Notes: generated by a model from the sequence alone, not told the origin. A stretch of 9,600 nucleotides of DNA from a virus (IMGVR_UViG_2609460125_000002:1-9600), one strand, 5' to 3'; counted from the stretch's first letter, positions 1-6,749 are shown. A program made the numbers and translations.

Positions 1-274
1 AACATCAATGTCGCGTAAAGGTAACTGTTACGACAACGCTCCGATGGAAAGCTTCTGGGGAACGCTGAAAAATGAGAGCCTGAGCCACTATCGTTTAATA
101 ACCGGGATGAAGCCATCTCAGTAATACGGGAATACATTGAGATTTTCTACAATCGTCAGCGTCGTCACTCTCGTCTGGGGAATATCTCCCCGGCAGCCTT
201 CAGGGAAAAATATCATCAGATGACTGCTTAAAAAAAGAACAAATGGTAGTGTCCGCTATTGCCAGTACACCTCA
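1..274 (+). mobile_element. 3' portion of an IS3-family insertion sequence (OrfB C-terminus plus right terminal region); exact IS not identified; right boundary approximate (269-274)
   Basis: Translation of 2..124 gives TSMSRKGNCYDNAPMESFWGTLKNESLSHYR, the conserved DDE-region signature of IS3-family OrfB. The adjacent integrase reading frame becomes non-integrase sequence at about 270-275. Terminal bases ...CAGTACA / ...CCTCA fit the TG...CA tips of IS3-family ends. Confidence 0.6.
2..231 (+). pseudogene. IS3-family transposase OrfB, C-terminal fragment with a frameshift
   Basis: Frame 2 reads ...GNCYDNAPMESFWGTLKNESLSHYRLITGMKPSQ* (stop 122-124). Frame 1 from 97 reads NNRDEAISVIREYIEIFYNRQRRHSRLGNISPAAFREKYHQMTA* (stop 229-231), the expected continuation of the same domain. 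A single missing base near 95-97 (cgttt-aataacc) joins the two. Confidence 0.6.
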
Positions 275-939
275 TCAAGGTCTGTAACGTTGGAACGGCG
301 AAGGCCTGTCGTGATTGCAAACATGACCACAGGGAAGAAATGAGGAGCAATTTCTGCAAACAGGCGCTTCGATTCCTCCTCTGTAAGCCATCTGATTCGT
401 CCATTCTTAACGCGTGGTGTTGATATTTTGGGCGCCCTGTCAAGCCATCCCCATTCAACAGCCATATTGAGAATAGCGCGAAGTATTGCCAGATGCCGCG
501 TCTTCGTTCCTTTGCTTGCCAGCTTTGGTTTATACTCCGGCACTGGCTTGCCAAGCCGCAAACACCTGTCCCGGCTCATTTCCCAGTTCAGGCGATGGCG
601 GCGGTTTTCCATCCCGTCTACCGCCTCCATTATTTTTTCTGTTGTTATGTCAGAGAGAATGGTTTCTCTGAAGTGCAACATCCAGAACGATATAATGCTC
701 TTGTCATCATCAATGGACTTCTTATCCGATTTCTCACGCAGCCACCGTATGCAGGCTTCCTTGAATAGCTTTTTCGGCGATTCCCCGAGATTTTTTACTC
801 TCCACGCTTCTGCTTTCAGACGATCGTGAAGTTCTTGCGCTTGCCTTTTGTCCGATGTTTCAAGAGAGCGTCTAACTCTTGATCCATCTGGCGCGACGAA
901 ATCGCAGTGCCACGTGCCACCGCGTAGTTTGATTGACAT
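256..939 (-). pseudogene. int: Phage tyrosine integrase, N-terminal fragment (227-aa ORF); catalytic C-terminal domain absent
   Basis: ATG at 939 preceded by AGGAGG (8 nt spacing). Protein has the N-terminal/core-binding region and ends just after a box-I-like motif AITTGLRRSNVTDL; no box II (HxxR...Y) follows. The last ~6 codons and the stop (256-258) appear to be supplied by the IS end. Confidence 0.7.
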
Positions 940-1235
940 GCTTTAACCTCCTGCACATCAACCGCATTCACCGCGCTATTGTGTCTCACAGACTTAAGCG
1001 CCGCAATGCAGTCTGACTTGCAAATGCGATATGGACTTTTAGGTTTATCTGGATTTATCTTTGCGGCCTGAAGTCGTCCACTTCGTATCCACTGTGTGAT
1101 AGTGCCTTTGTCTACCTTCAGATACGACGCAGCTTCTTCACGAGTGAAGATTTCTTCTTCCACCTGGAATCTCCATTTGTTGGATTGACATGATTGCGGT
1201 AGGTCTGGATATCTTGAGAAATGAACTGGCCTCAT
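816..1235 (-). CDS. xis: Excisionase-like helix-turn-helix protein (Xis/AlpA type); start uncertain (ATG 1235 with weak RBS, or GTG 1163 with GGAGA RBS)
   Basis: Motif FTREEAASYLKVDKGTITQWIRSGRLQAAKI resembles excisionase-family HTH domains; position immediately upstream of int. The 3' end overlaps int by 124 nt in another frame. Confidence 0.5.
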   Translation of the reverse strand: MRPVHFSRYPDLPQSCQSNKWRFQVEEEIFTREEAASYLKVDKGTITQWIRSGRLQAAKINPDKPKSPYRICKSDCIAALKSVRHNSAVNAVDVQEVKACQSNYAVARGTAISSRQMDQELDALLKHRTKGKRKNFTIV

Positions 1236-1262
1236 CGAGTGTGAGGCTGTGTGATTCCATAG

Positions 1263-1607
1263 TTAGTCCTTGCGTAGCTCGCTGATTCTTCTGTAAGTCT
1301 CTGGTGCTTTGTTTCCGTGTATCTTCATTTCAGACTTCAACAGAGCAACGAGGGAATCCCATTCGTTGAGGATGCCTTTGAATGCCGGAACGCGCTTTGC
1401 AACCTTGCCGAATGAATCTCTGATTTCTGGAATCTGCTCAACAAGTGCAACGCATCGTCTGAAATCGGCTGCGTCATGGGGAGCGCCGAAGTGATGACCA
1501 TAGATATTCTTTTTCAGGCCACATGCGATTGAGGCAAGAGTTGCGCTACTGATGCCAACATCGCCAGTCGATTGCCATTTCAAAACCTTCATAGCCAAAT
1601 CTGACAT
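1263..1607 (-). CDS. Hypothetical phage protein, 114 aa
   Basis: ATG at 1607 with GGAGA 6 nt upstream, directly downstream of a terminator hairpin. The ORF-track start at 1634 lies inside that hairpin and is probably an artefactual extension. Confidence 0.5.
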   Translation of the reverse strand: MSDLAMKVLKWQSTGDVGISSATLASIACGLKKNIYGHHFGAPHDAADFRRCVALVEQIPEIRDSFGKVAKRVPAFKGILNEWDSLVALLKSEMKIHGNKAPETYRRISELRKD

Positions 1608-1617
1608 TTCTTGTCTC

Positions 1618-1645
1618 CAATAAAAAACCGCCATCAGGCGGATTG
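1618..1645 (-). terminator. Intrinsic terminator (minus strand): stem CCGCC/GGCGG, loop UGAU, followed by U6
   Basis: Plus strand 1622-1641 aaaaaaCCGCCatcaGGCGG; on the minus strand the hairpin is followed by UUUUUU and then the RBS of the next gene. The loop contains the UGA stop (1634-1636) of the upstream 55-aa ORF. Confidence 0.5.
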
Positions 1646-1801
1646 GTGTTCTTTCAGTTCTTCAATTCGAATATTGGTTACTTCTGCATGTGCTATCTGC
1701 GCCCATATCATCCAGTGGTCATAGCAGTCGTTGATGTTCTCTGCTTCGATAACTCTGTTGAATGGCTCTCCATTCCATTCACCTGTGACTCGGAAGTGCA
1801 T
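1634..1801 (-). CDS. Small hypothetical protein, 55 aa (MHFRVTGEWNGEPFNRVIEAENINDCYDHWMIWAQIAHAEVTNIRIEELKEHQSA); not in ORF track
   Basis: ATG 1799-1801 preceded by GGAG (7 nt spacing), itself directly after a hairpin + U-rich terminator. The overlapping 61-aa track ORF (1708..1893) lacks such signals. Confidence 0.4.
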   Translation of the reverse strand: MHFRVTGEWNGEPFNRVIEAENINDCYDHWMIWAQIAHAEVTNIRIEELKEHQSA

Positions 1802-1810
1802 TTATCATCT

Positions 1811-1872
1811 CCATAAAACAAAACTCGCCGTAGCGAGTTCAGATAAAAGAAATCCCCGCGAGTGCGAGGATT
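1811..1872 (-). terminator. Tandem terminator-like hairpins (minus strand)
   Basis: Hairpin AACTCGC-cgta-GCGAGTT (1822-1839) followed on the minus strand by UUUGUUUUAU; second hairpin AATCC-N12-GGATT (1851-1872) followed by UCUUUUAU. Confidence 0.4.
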
Positions 1873-1901
1873 GTTATTCACCTTTGACGGCAAGTTGTAG
1901 G

Positions 1902-2435
1902 TTAGCCACGGTTAACCTCCTGAGGCGGTTCTGGTAGAGGCATCCAGTGGGTTACTCCATGCCATATACCAGTTAAGGTTTCAAACCTTGGCTCTCTGCC
2001 TTTCTGTGTCTTGGCATATTCATTCCTTGTATATACGCATTGTCTAACTGCATATCCATTCCATCCAATAACTGTTTGTCTAATTTCCGGCATCCGCTCA
2101 CTACAGCTTATCCAACCATCCGGAGTTACCGGCACTTGCTGGGCGGTATAAAGCGGTGTTATATCTGCCCGAAAATTACATGCTTTATGCAGCCGCACCC
2201 ACCGTTCGACTTCTGCTTTGTCAGAATACATACCAGTGAACGTGTTATATTCACGGTCAATTTGCGTGAATGTTACCTTCCACGCCACCGGCTCTGCTTC
2301 CAGCGATGCCAGTGCGATACGCAGGGCAGCCAGGATATTCCCCTGGTAATCATCAAGCCCGAAAGGAAGCTCATCACGAACGCTTTCATAATCGTTGATA
2401 GCCTGCTGCAGCCATTCTCTTGTGATAGTGCTCAT
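1902..2435 (-). CDS. DUF551-domain phage protein, 177 aa
   Basis: C-terminal region DGWISCSERMPE...GIWHGVTHWMPLPEPP matches the recalled DUF551 signature (W...THWMPLPEPP). ATG preceded by AGGAGAGG; start overlaps the upstream stop (ATGA). Confidence 0.65.
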   Translation of the reverse strand: MSTITREWLQQAINDYESVRDELPFGLDDYQGNILAALRIALASLEAEPVAWKVTFTQIDREYNTFTGMYSDKAEVERWVRLHKACNFRADITPLYTAQQVPVTPDGWISCSERMPEIRQTVIGWNGYAVRQCVYTRNEYAKTQKGREPRFETLTGIWHGVTHWMPLPEPPQEVNRG

Positions 2436-3166
2436 GATGCCTCTCCTTTACCTGCTTCGGTGACGTTTATTCCAGCGTTGTGCAGTGCCTCAAGAACCTG
2501 ATGCTGCCTGTAAACCATTTCAGTGTGGTAAGGCTTGTCAAAATCGACGCGATGCAACATGCTATAGCATTGCGGAAGCACAACCTCCCGCAACTCCAGC
2601 TCAGCAATGCGCTTCTCTGCGGCTTCCAGCTTCTCGCGCATATCGTCAACGTACTCGACCAGAGATCCGCCAGCAGGAATTTCGCATTCCTCGACCAGTT
2701 GGAAGTAGATATCAGCTGCGGCCCGTGTGTTGCTATGCCTAGCGTCGCCCATCTCACCTTCACGAAGAGCATCGCGTTCGGCGGTAAGATTGGCTATTTT
2801 GCTGTCTTTGCCTTCCAGCTCAACGCGCAGCCTCCCAACCGTAAGCGCAATATCCTCGTTCTCCTGGTCGCGTGATTTGATGTATTGCTGGTTTCTTTCC
2901 CGTTCATCCAGTAATGCCAGCACGGTAGCTGGACTGGCTGCTGCGATGAATTCAGCATTGGCCTGCTGTTCCATTTGGAAATCTTCATCGAAACCGCTTT
3001 CAGGATGCGCTCCTTCAATTCTGCAAATGGGAATATATCCAGCAACTTCTCGATGAATTAGCGCATCATCACCATCAAATTGGCCCTCTCCATATTCGAG
3101 CGACCACGCCCCACACGTTGCTTTCTCTGCCTTTTCACGCAGTGCCTGATAATCAATCTGGCTCAC
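2432..3166 (-). CDS. Ead/Ea22-like family phage protein, 244 aa, with central coiled-coil
   Basis: N-terminus [22 protein letters not shown]...ANAEFIAAASPATVLALLDERERNQQ resembles the Ead/Ea22-like N-terminal domain common in enterobacterial prophages. GTG start overlaps the upstream stop (GTGA). Confidence 0.6.
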   Translation of the reverse strand: MSQIDYQALREKAEKATCGAWSLEYGEGQFDGDDALIHREVAGYIPICRIEGAHPESGFDEDFQMEQQANAEFIAAASPATVLALLDERERNQQYIKSRDQENEDIALTVGRLRVELEGKDSKIANLTAERDALREGEMGDARHSNTRAAADIYFQLVEECEIPAGGSLVEYVDDMREKLEAAEKRIAELELREVVLPQCYSMLHRVDFDKPYHTEMVYRQHQVLEALHNAGINVTEAGKGEAS

Positions 3167-3408
3167 TGGTTGCCCCCCTGCTTTTCTGCCTTCAACACCA
3201 TGCGAGAACCATCATCCAACTCCCAAGCGATCTCACCACCTTCAGCCATGACCAGTCGCCACACCAATTGAGCAGCCTCATTGGTAACATCACGACCTGG
3301 ATCATTGCCAACGCGCATACGTCCACCTTCAACATCGCGCATTTTTGCCAGCATGATAGTTTTTGATAGCGGTGAAAAACCAAGCTGTAGTCGTGCTGAA
3401 TTACTCAC
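3163..3408 (-). CDS. Hypothetical phage protein, 81 aa
   Basis: GTG start at 3408 with AGGAGG 7 nt upstream; GTGA overlap with the upstream stop; ends ...QGGNQ. Confidence 0.5.
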   Translation of the reverse strand: MSNSARLQLGFSPLSKTIMLAKMRDVEGGRMRVGNDPGRDVTNEAAQLVWRLVMAEGGEIAWELDDGSRMVLKAEKQGGNQ

Positions 3409-3572
3409 TGGTTGCCTCCTTTGCGCAACATCGCATTCAGATATTTGTTTTGATTTACTGATGGAAAAGAATTTCTCTTAAGCAATTCCTCTCTCGATGG
3501 CATTGGCTTTACGCGTTGGCGAATAATCATTTTTGCCGGAAGAATGCCGGGATTGTATGCAAGTCCTCTCAT
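3405..3572 (-). CDS. Small hypothetical protein, 55 aa ([55 protein letters not shown])
   Basis: ATG at 3572 with GAGGAA 7 nt upstream, immediately after the stop of the 97-aa gene. The longer track ORF (to 3722) overlaps that gene by 140 nt and is probably an extension artefact. Confidence 0.4.
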   Translation of the reverse strand: MRGLAYNPGILPAKMIIRQRVKPMPSREELLKRNSFPSVNQNKYLNAMLRKGGNQ

Positions 3573-3582
3573 GGTAAATTCC

Positions 3583-3876
3583 TCAGTCATTACTGATAGC
3601 GCCATAGCGTGAGCGGTAATTACGCAGGCGCGGGTCAATTTCAGGGAAGTGGGTGTATGTGGCTTTGCGGAATGGTCGGATTGATGTCTGGTAAATTCGC
3701 TCGCGTTCTTCTTTCTCTGCAAGCCATATACAGTGGCGAAATCCCTTTTCCTCTTTCGTTTCCTGCGGTAGCGACATTATCAGGTCGTAGTTTTTCCTGA
3801 ATTTATCCAGCACCTCCGATACGGAATTGCCGGAACAGCGGCGCGCGTCGTCCGCACCATATAGAGGCGCTGGCAT
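3583..3876 (-). CDS. Hypothetical phage protein, 97 aa
   Basis: ATG at 3876 with AGGAGAA 5 nt upstream; no recognisable motif. Confidence 0.5.
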   Translation of the reverse strand: MPAPLYGADDARRCSGNSVSEVLDKFRKNYDLIMSLPQETKEEKGFRHCIWLAEKEERERIYQTSIRPFRKATYTHFPEIDPRLRNYRSRYGAISND

Positions 3877-3889
3877 GATTTTCTCCTGA

Positions 3890-4396
3890 TTAAATTGCGT
3901 GAATAGCGTGACGAGGGAAGGGGAGAGTTACTGGTGCAAAGGGTATATCGTCGTCAAAATCCATAGGAGGTTCGTTGTGTTGTGCTGGTGATGATTGCTG
4001 CTGTGGCTTCTGTGATTGCCTGCTGGCTGCTTGTTGTTTGCTGTCGCCAATGCCGCCAAGCATTTGCATCACGCCATTAATTCCGACATGAACCTCGGTT
4101 GTGTAACGGTCTTGCCCTGACTGGTCTTTCCACTTTCTGGTTCTCAGCATTCCCTCGAAATAAATCTGATCACCTTTTTTCACATACTGCCCCACGACCT
4201 CAGCCAGTTTCCCGGATACAGCAACACGATGCCATTCAGTCAATTCCTTTTGCTCGCCAGTATTTTTATCTCGCCATTGTTCTGATGTGGCTATTGTCAG
4301 GTTAGCGAACGCTGTTCCTGATGATGAGTATCGGACTTCCGGGTCTTGTCCTACCCGACCAAGGATAATCACCTTATTTACGCCTCTGCTTGCCAT
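3890..4396 (-). CDS. ssb: Single-stranded DNA-binding protein (SSB), 168 aa, with a 15-residue extension after the DDDIPF tail
   Basis: N-terminal OB-fold sequence [23 protein letters not shown]...TEWHRV...[12 protein letters not shown] and the acidic tail ...[13 protein letters not shown] are textbook SSB. The ORF then continues [15 protein letters not shown] before TAA at 3890-3892. Confidence 0.9.
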   Translation of the reverse strand: MASRGVNKVIILGRVGQDPEVRYSSSGTAFANLTIATSEQWRDKNTGEQKELTEWHRVAVSGKLAEVVGQYVKKGDQIYFEGMLRTRKWKDQSGQDRYTTEVHVGINGVMQMLGGIGDSKQQAASRQSQKPQQQSSPAQHNEPPMDFDDDIPFAPVTLPFPRHAIHAI

Positions 4397-5104
4397 TTAT
4401 GCCACCTGTTTTAGTTCGTTAACTCTGATGTTCATTACCTGAACGCATTTAGCCTGCGCCTCCTCGTTGCCAGCCATTAATTGCCAGTCACGCTGATAAC
4501 GCTCGATGAGTTTTTTCTTGTCAGTTTCTGTTGACGCATAATCGCTGAAGTCTTTCAGGATTTGCTCGCAGTCAACCGATGGAGATTTCTGGTTGGTATT
4601 TTCTGGTGATGGTTTGTTATCTGATGCTGGGATTGCCCATCCCGGCAGCGATGGAGGGAGCCAGTAAAATCCTGTTCCATCCTTGAGTTTTGCCCTGTGC
4701 CATCCCTGCTTTTTATCGAGAGATGTTTGTGCGAAACCTTCCTCAAGGTTATACAGATACCGACCGATTCCCCACTGAACGGCAGCGCGCTTCATTGCAC
4801 CGGAACGACCACCTTTGACGGCTTCTACCTGCGTGTTTTCAGCAGCATCCCATTTGGTTACCCATTCGGAATCAATCTTGATTGATATGCCGCATTCAAC
4901 GCCGCCGTTGTTGGGAATATCGCGGTATTCATTGCGCCATCCTGCTTTGCCGCAAACATCGTCCAGGCGTTTCATGATTGCCCTGTTCGTGACATAAGCC
5001 AGCACCATAGCCCACACTTTTCCATCGCGTGTTTTACCGCTTTGCTGTATTCGCCATTCGATATCTTCAGGGCTGAATGGCTCATCGAATTTATTCAAAT
5101 CCAT
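4397..5104 (-). CDS. Rad52/Sak-type single-strand annealing protein (recombinase), 235 aa
   Basis: Motifs GAMKRAAVQWGIGRYLY and GKAGWRNEY resemble the Rad52 annealing-domain signature; sits immediately upstream of ssb (TAAATG junction), a typical phage recombination module. RBS GAGGTG. Confidence 0.65.
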   Translation of the reverse strand: MDLNKFDEPFSPEDIEWRIQQSGKTRDGKVWAMVLAYVTNRAIMKRLDDVCGKAGWRNEYRDIPNNGGVECGISIKIDSEWVTKWDAAENTQVEAVKGGRSGAMKRAAVQWGIGRYLYNLEEGFAQTSLDKKQGWHRAKLKDGTGFYWLPPSLPGWAIPASDNKPSPENTNQKSPSVDCEQILKDFSDYASTETDKKKLIERYQRDWQLMAGNEEAQAKCVQVMNIRVNELKQVA

Positions 5105-5203
5105 AATTCACCTCAGAATGGACATGGCCCAAGGAAATAACGCTGGTTTAATACTTCGACTCTGGACAAATTAAGGCATACCCGCATTCCTTCGCGGTCG
5201 CCA

Positions 5204-5362
5204 TTATGGCGATACCAGAGAGCTTTCTGCGTGTACATGCGTCTCTGTAACTTGCTCTCCTTCACTGTGGTTGCAAGTGACATGCATATCTCCTTCGTTA
5301 CCGATTAATTCTTTCATCTGACGAATGAATTCTTCGTCTGACCAGTTATCTGTAAAACTCAT
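5204..5362 (-). CDS. Small hypothetical protein, 52 aa (MSFTDNWSDEEFIRQMKELIGNEGDMHVTCNHSEGEQVTETHVHAESSLVSP); not in ORF track
   Basis: ATG overlaps the stop of the kil-like gene (ATGA) with AGGAA upstream. Lies between kil and the annealase, where P22 carries arf; no sequence evidence for that identity. Confidence 0.35.
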   Translation of the reverse strand: MSFTDNWSDEEFIRQMKELIGNEGDMHVTCNHSEGEQVTETHVHAESSLVSP

Positions 5363-5511
5363 TTCCTGCGATACCACGGAAGGTTGATAGCTGATTTCAT
5401 CGCTTTATTTGCTTCAAGCCACATTTTTGAATCACCAATAAATCTGGCTATTACTGCTTTGTTCTGTGCAGCACGAAGCATCTGGTGATTGATGGCTATT
5501 TCATTGCGCAT
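5359..5511 (-). CDS. kil: Kil-like host cell-division inhibitor, 50 aa (MRNEIAINHQMLRAAQNKAVIARFIGDSKMWLEANKAMKSAINLPWYRRK); not in ORF track
   Basis: Core VIARFIGDSKMW closely resembles lambda Kil (IATFIGDEKMF, as recalled); position directly downstream of the cIII-like gene as in lambda; GAGG 8 nt upstream of ATG. Confidence 0.5.
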   Translation of the reverse strand: MRNEIAINHQMLRAAQNKAVIARFIGDSKMWLEANKAMKSAINLPWYRRK

Positions 5512-5627
5512 AATAAGACCTCAACTCTTTTCCATCCGTCACGTAATTTACGGGTGATTCGCTCAAGTAAAGATTCATTTAGTTGGAAGGCACCCATGCG
5601 AGCGCCTCCCGCGATTGCGTAAATCAT
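5496..5627 (-). CDS. cIII: CIII-like FtsH protease inhibitor, 43 aa (MIYAIAGGARMGAFQLNESLLERITRKLRDGWKRVEVLLCAMK); not in ORF track
   Basis: Contains ESLLERITRKLRDGWKR, matching the essential central helix of lambda CIII as recalled, and an MxYAIAG N-terminus; AAGGAA RBS 7 nt upstream. Confidence 0.6.
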   Translation of the reverse strand: MIYAIAGGARMGAFQLNESLLERITRKLRDGWKRVEVLLCAMK

Positions 5628-5651
5628 GGGTGGTTCCTTATATTGGTTTTA

Positions 5652-6620
5652 TTAGTAGGTTATTTTTGTTGCGAATACTTCGCCTTTTACGATGGCTGTT
5701 ATGATATTTTTAGCAACATCTTCTGATGCACCAACCTTGATAAGGTCAACAAGTATTTTGTTATTTACTTCTTTCCGGTGAGCTTTATCTTTTGCTCTAC
5801 GCTCTTCTTCGTCCTTGATTCTTTTTTCTTCTGCTATTCTGGCTTGCTCTTTTGCTTCAGCCTCGCGACGGATTCGTTCAGCCTCCTCCTGTGCTTTTCT
5901 GCGTTCTGCTTCAATTGCCGCATGCTTTTCTCTTTCAGCTCGTTCCGCCGCCTCTTTTGCTTCGCGCTGTGCTCGTTGCTCGGCTTCAATGCGTTCACGC
6001 TCTGCTCGTTCCGCAGCGGCCTTAGCTTCTGCTTCTCGCCTTGCTGCTGCTTCAATTTCGGCTTTTGCCTTTGCTTCGGCTTCTGCTCTGACTTTCTCTT
6101 CAGCTTCTCTTTTTAAGCGTTCTTCATGCTCTCGCTTTTCCTGCTCCGCTTTGAGTCTTGCCTCTTCTCTTTGGCGGTCAAATTCGCGATCCATCAAAAT
6201 CGCTATTTCATGGTCAGACTCAATTTGCTTTGCGAGAGCTTCAGCTGCTGCCTTAGCTTCTTCTTCGGCTTTAATCCGCGCCTGCTCCTCCTCATAATCA
6301 GTAAGAGGCTGGCGCGCCTTGGCTTTCAGTTCATCAAGGCGATCACGCACTGTCTTGCGGTTGGCATCAATTAGCTTTGGAATTTCCTTCAGTTCAGCAA
6401 CAAGGTCTTTGCCAAGACCATCGAGATATGTTTTCGTCTGCGCAACTTTATACGCCAGAGAAGCGATCTCCTTTCTGCCCTTTGCCGTTGTGATATCAGG
6501 CACAAAGGACATAACTTCACGTTCAACCTTTTGGAGAATTTCTTCAATCTGGTCGGCAGACTTAAATACAGTCATTGCATTTGCTTTTTCAATAACAACT
6601 AAATCTGTTACTTCACTCAT
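5652..6620 (-). CDS. Hypothetical phage protein, 322 aa: N-terminal domain, ~150-residue E/A/K/R-rich coiled-coil (TolA-like low complexity), short C-terminal domain
   Basis: ATG at 6620 with GGAGG 5 nt upstream, directly after a terminator hairpin; the track start at 6674 reads through that terminator. The underlying DNA is repetitive and produces spurious plus-strand ORFs. Confidence 0.6.
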   Translation of the reverse strand: MSEVTDLVVIEKANAMTVFKSADQIEEILQKVEREVMSFVPDITTAKGRKEIASLAYKVAQTKTYLDGLGKDLVAELKEIPKLIDANRKTVRDRLDELKAKARQPLTDYEEEQARIKAEEEAKAAAEALAKQIESDHEIAILMDREFDRQREEARLKAEQEKREHEERLKREAEEKVRAEAEAKAKAEIEAAARREAEAKAAAERAERERIEAEQRAQREAKEAAERAEREKHAAIEAERRKAQEEAERIRREAEAKEQARIAEEKRIKDEEERRAKDKAHRKEVNNKILVDLIKVGASEDVAKNIITAIVKGEVFATKITY

Positions 6621-6630
6621 ATATCCTCCA

Positions 6631-6662
6631 TCAAAAAAATTGCCCTCACACTGGAGGGCAAA
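6631..6662 (-). terminator. Intrinsic terminator (minus strand): stem TGCCCTC/GAGGGCA, 6-nt loop, followed by U7
   Basis: Plus strand 6633-6660 aaaaaaaTTGCCCTCacactgGAGGGCA; on the minus strand the hairpin precedes UUUUUUU and then the GGAGG RBS of the 322-aa gene. Confidence 0.5.
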
Positions 6663-6721
6663 GAAGATTTCCAATAATCAGAACAAGTCGGCTCCTGTTT
6701 AGTTACGAGCGACATTGCTCC

Positions 6722-6749
6722 GTGTATTCACTCGTTGGAATGAATACAC
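6722..6749. repeat. Inverted repeat GTGTATTCA-N10-TGAATACAC
   Basis: Perfect 9-bp arms at 6722-6730 and 6741-6749 in the 134-bp intergenic gap between the 67-aa and 322-aa genes; not followed by a U-run. Confidence 0.4.

Noticed and set aside
428-829. Plus-strand ORFs 428..829, 486..671 and 493..768 inside the integrase region
   Set aside because: They lie antisense to the well-supported int reading frame, have no RBS, and their translations are low complexity; judged to be shadow ORFs.
1708-1893. Minus-strand 61-aa track ORF 1708..1893
   Set aside because: It spans two terminator hairpins and has no RBS; the 55-aa ORF 1634..1801 in another frame has a clear RBS and terminator context and was preferred.
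2040-3408. Plus-strand ORFs 2040..2501, 2480..2875, 2485..2742, 2727..3056, 3080..3271, 3118..3366 and alternative minus-frame ORFs 2467..2772, 2794..3045, 3192..3383
   Set aside because: All overlap the coupled minus-strand gene chain; no start signals and odd composition.
5105-5203. 18-codon ORF (MATAKECGYALICPESKY) between the 52-aa gene and the annealase
   Set aside because: Too short and without a convincing RBS; more likely untranslated spacer.
5778-6374. Possible CRISPR-like or tandem repeat array, and plus-strand ORFs 5778..6116, 5815..6297, 6126..6374
   Set aside because: The periodicity is the coding repeat of the coiled-coil gene; there are no unique spacers between constant repeats. 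The plus-strand ORFs are Ser/Ala/Phe/Cys-rich reverse-strand artefacts.
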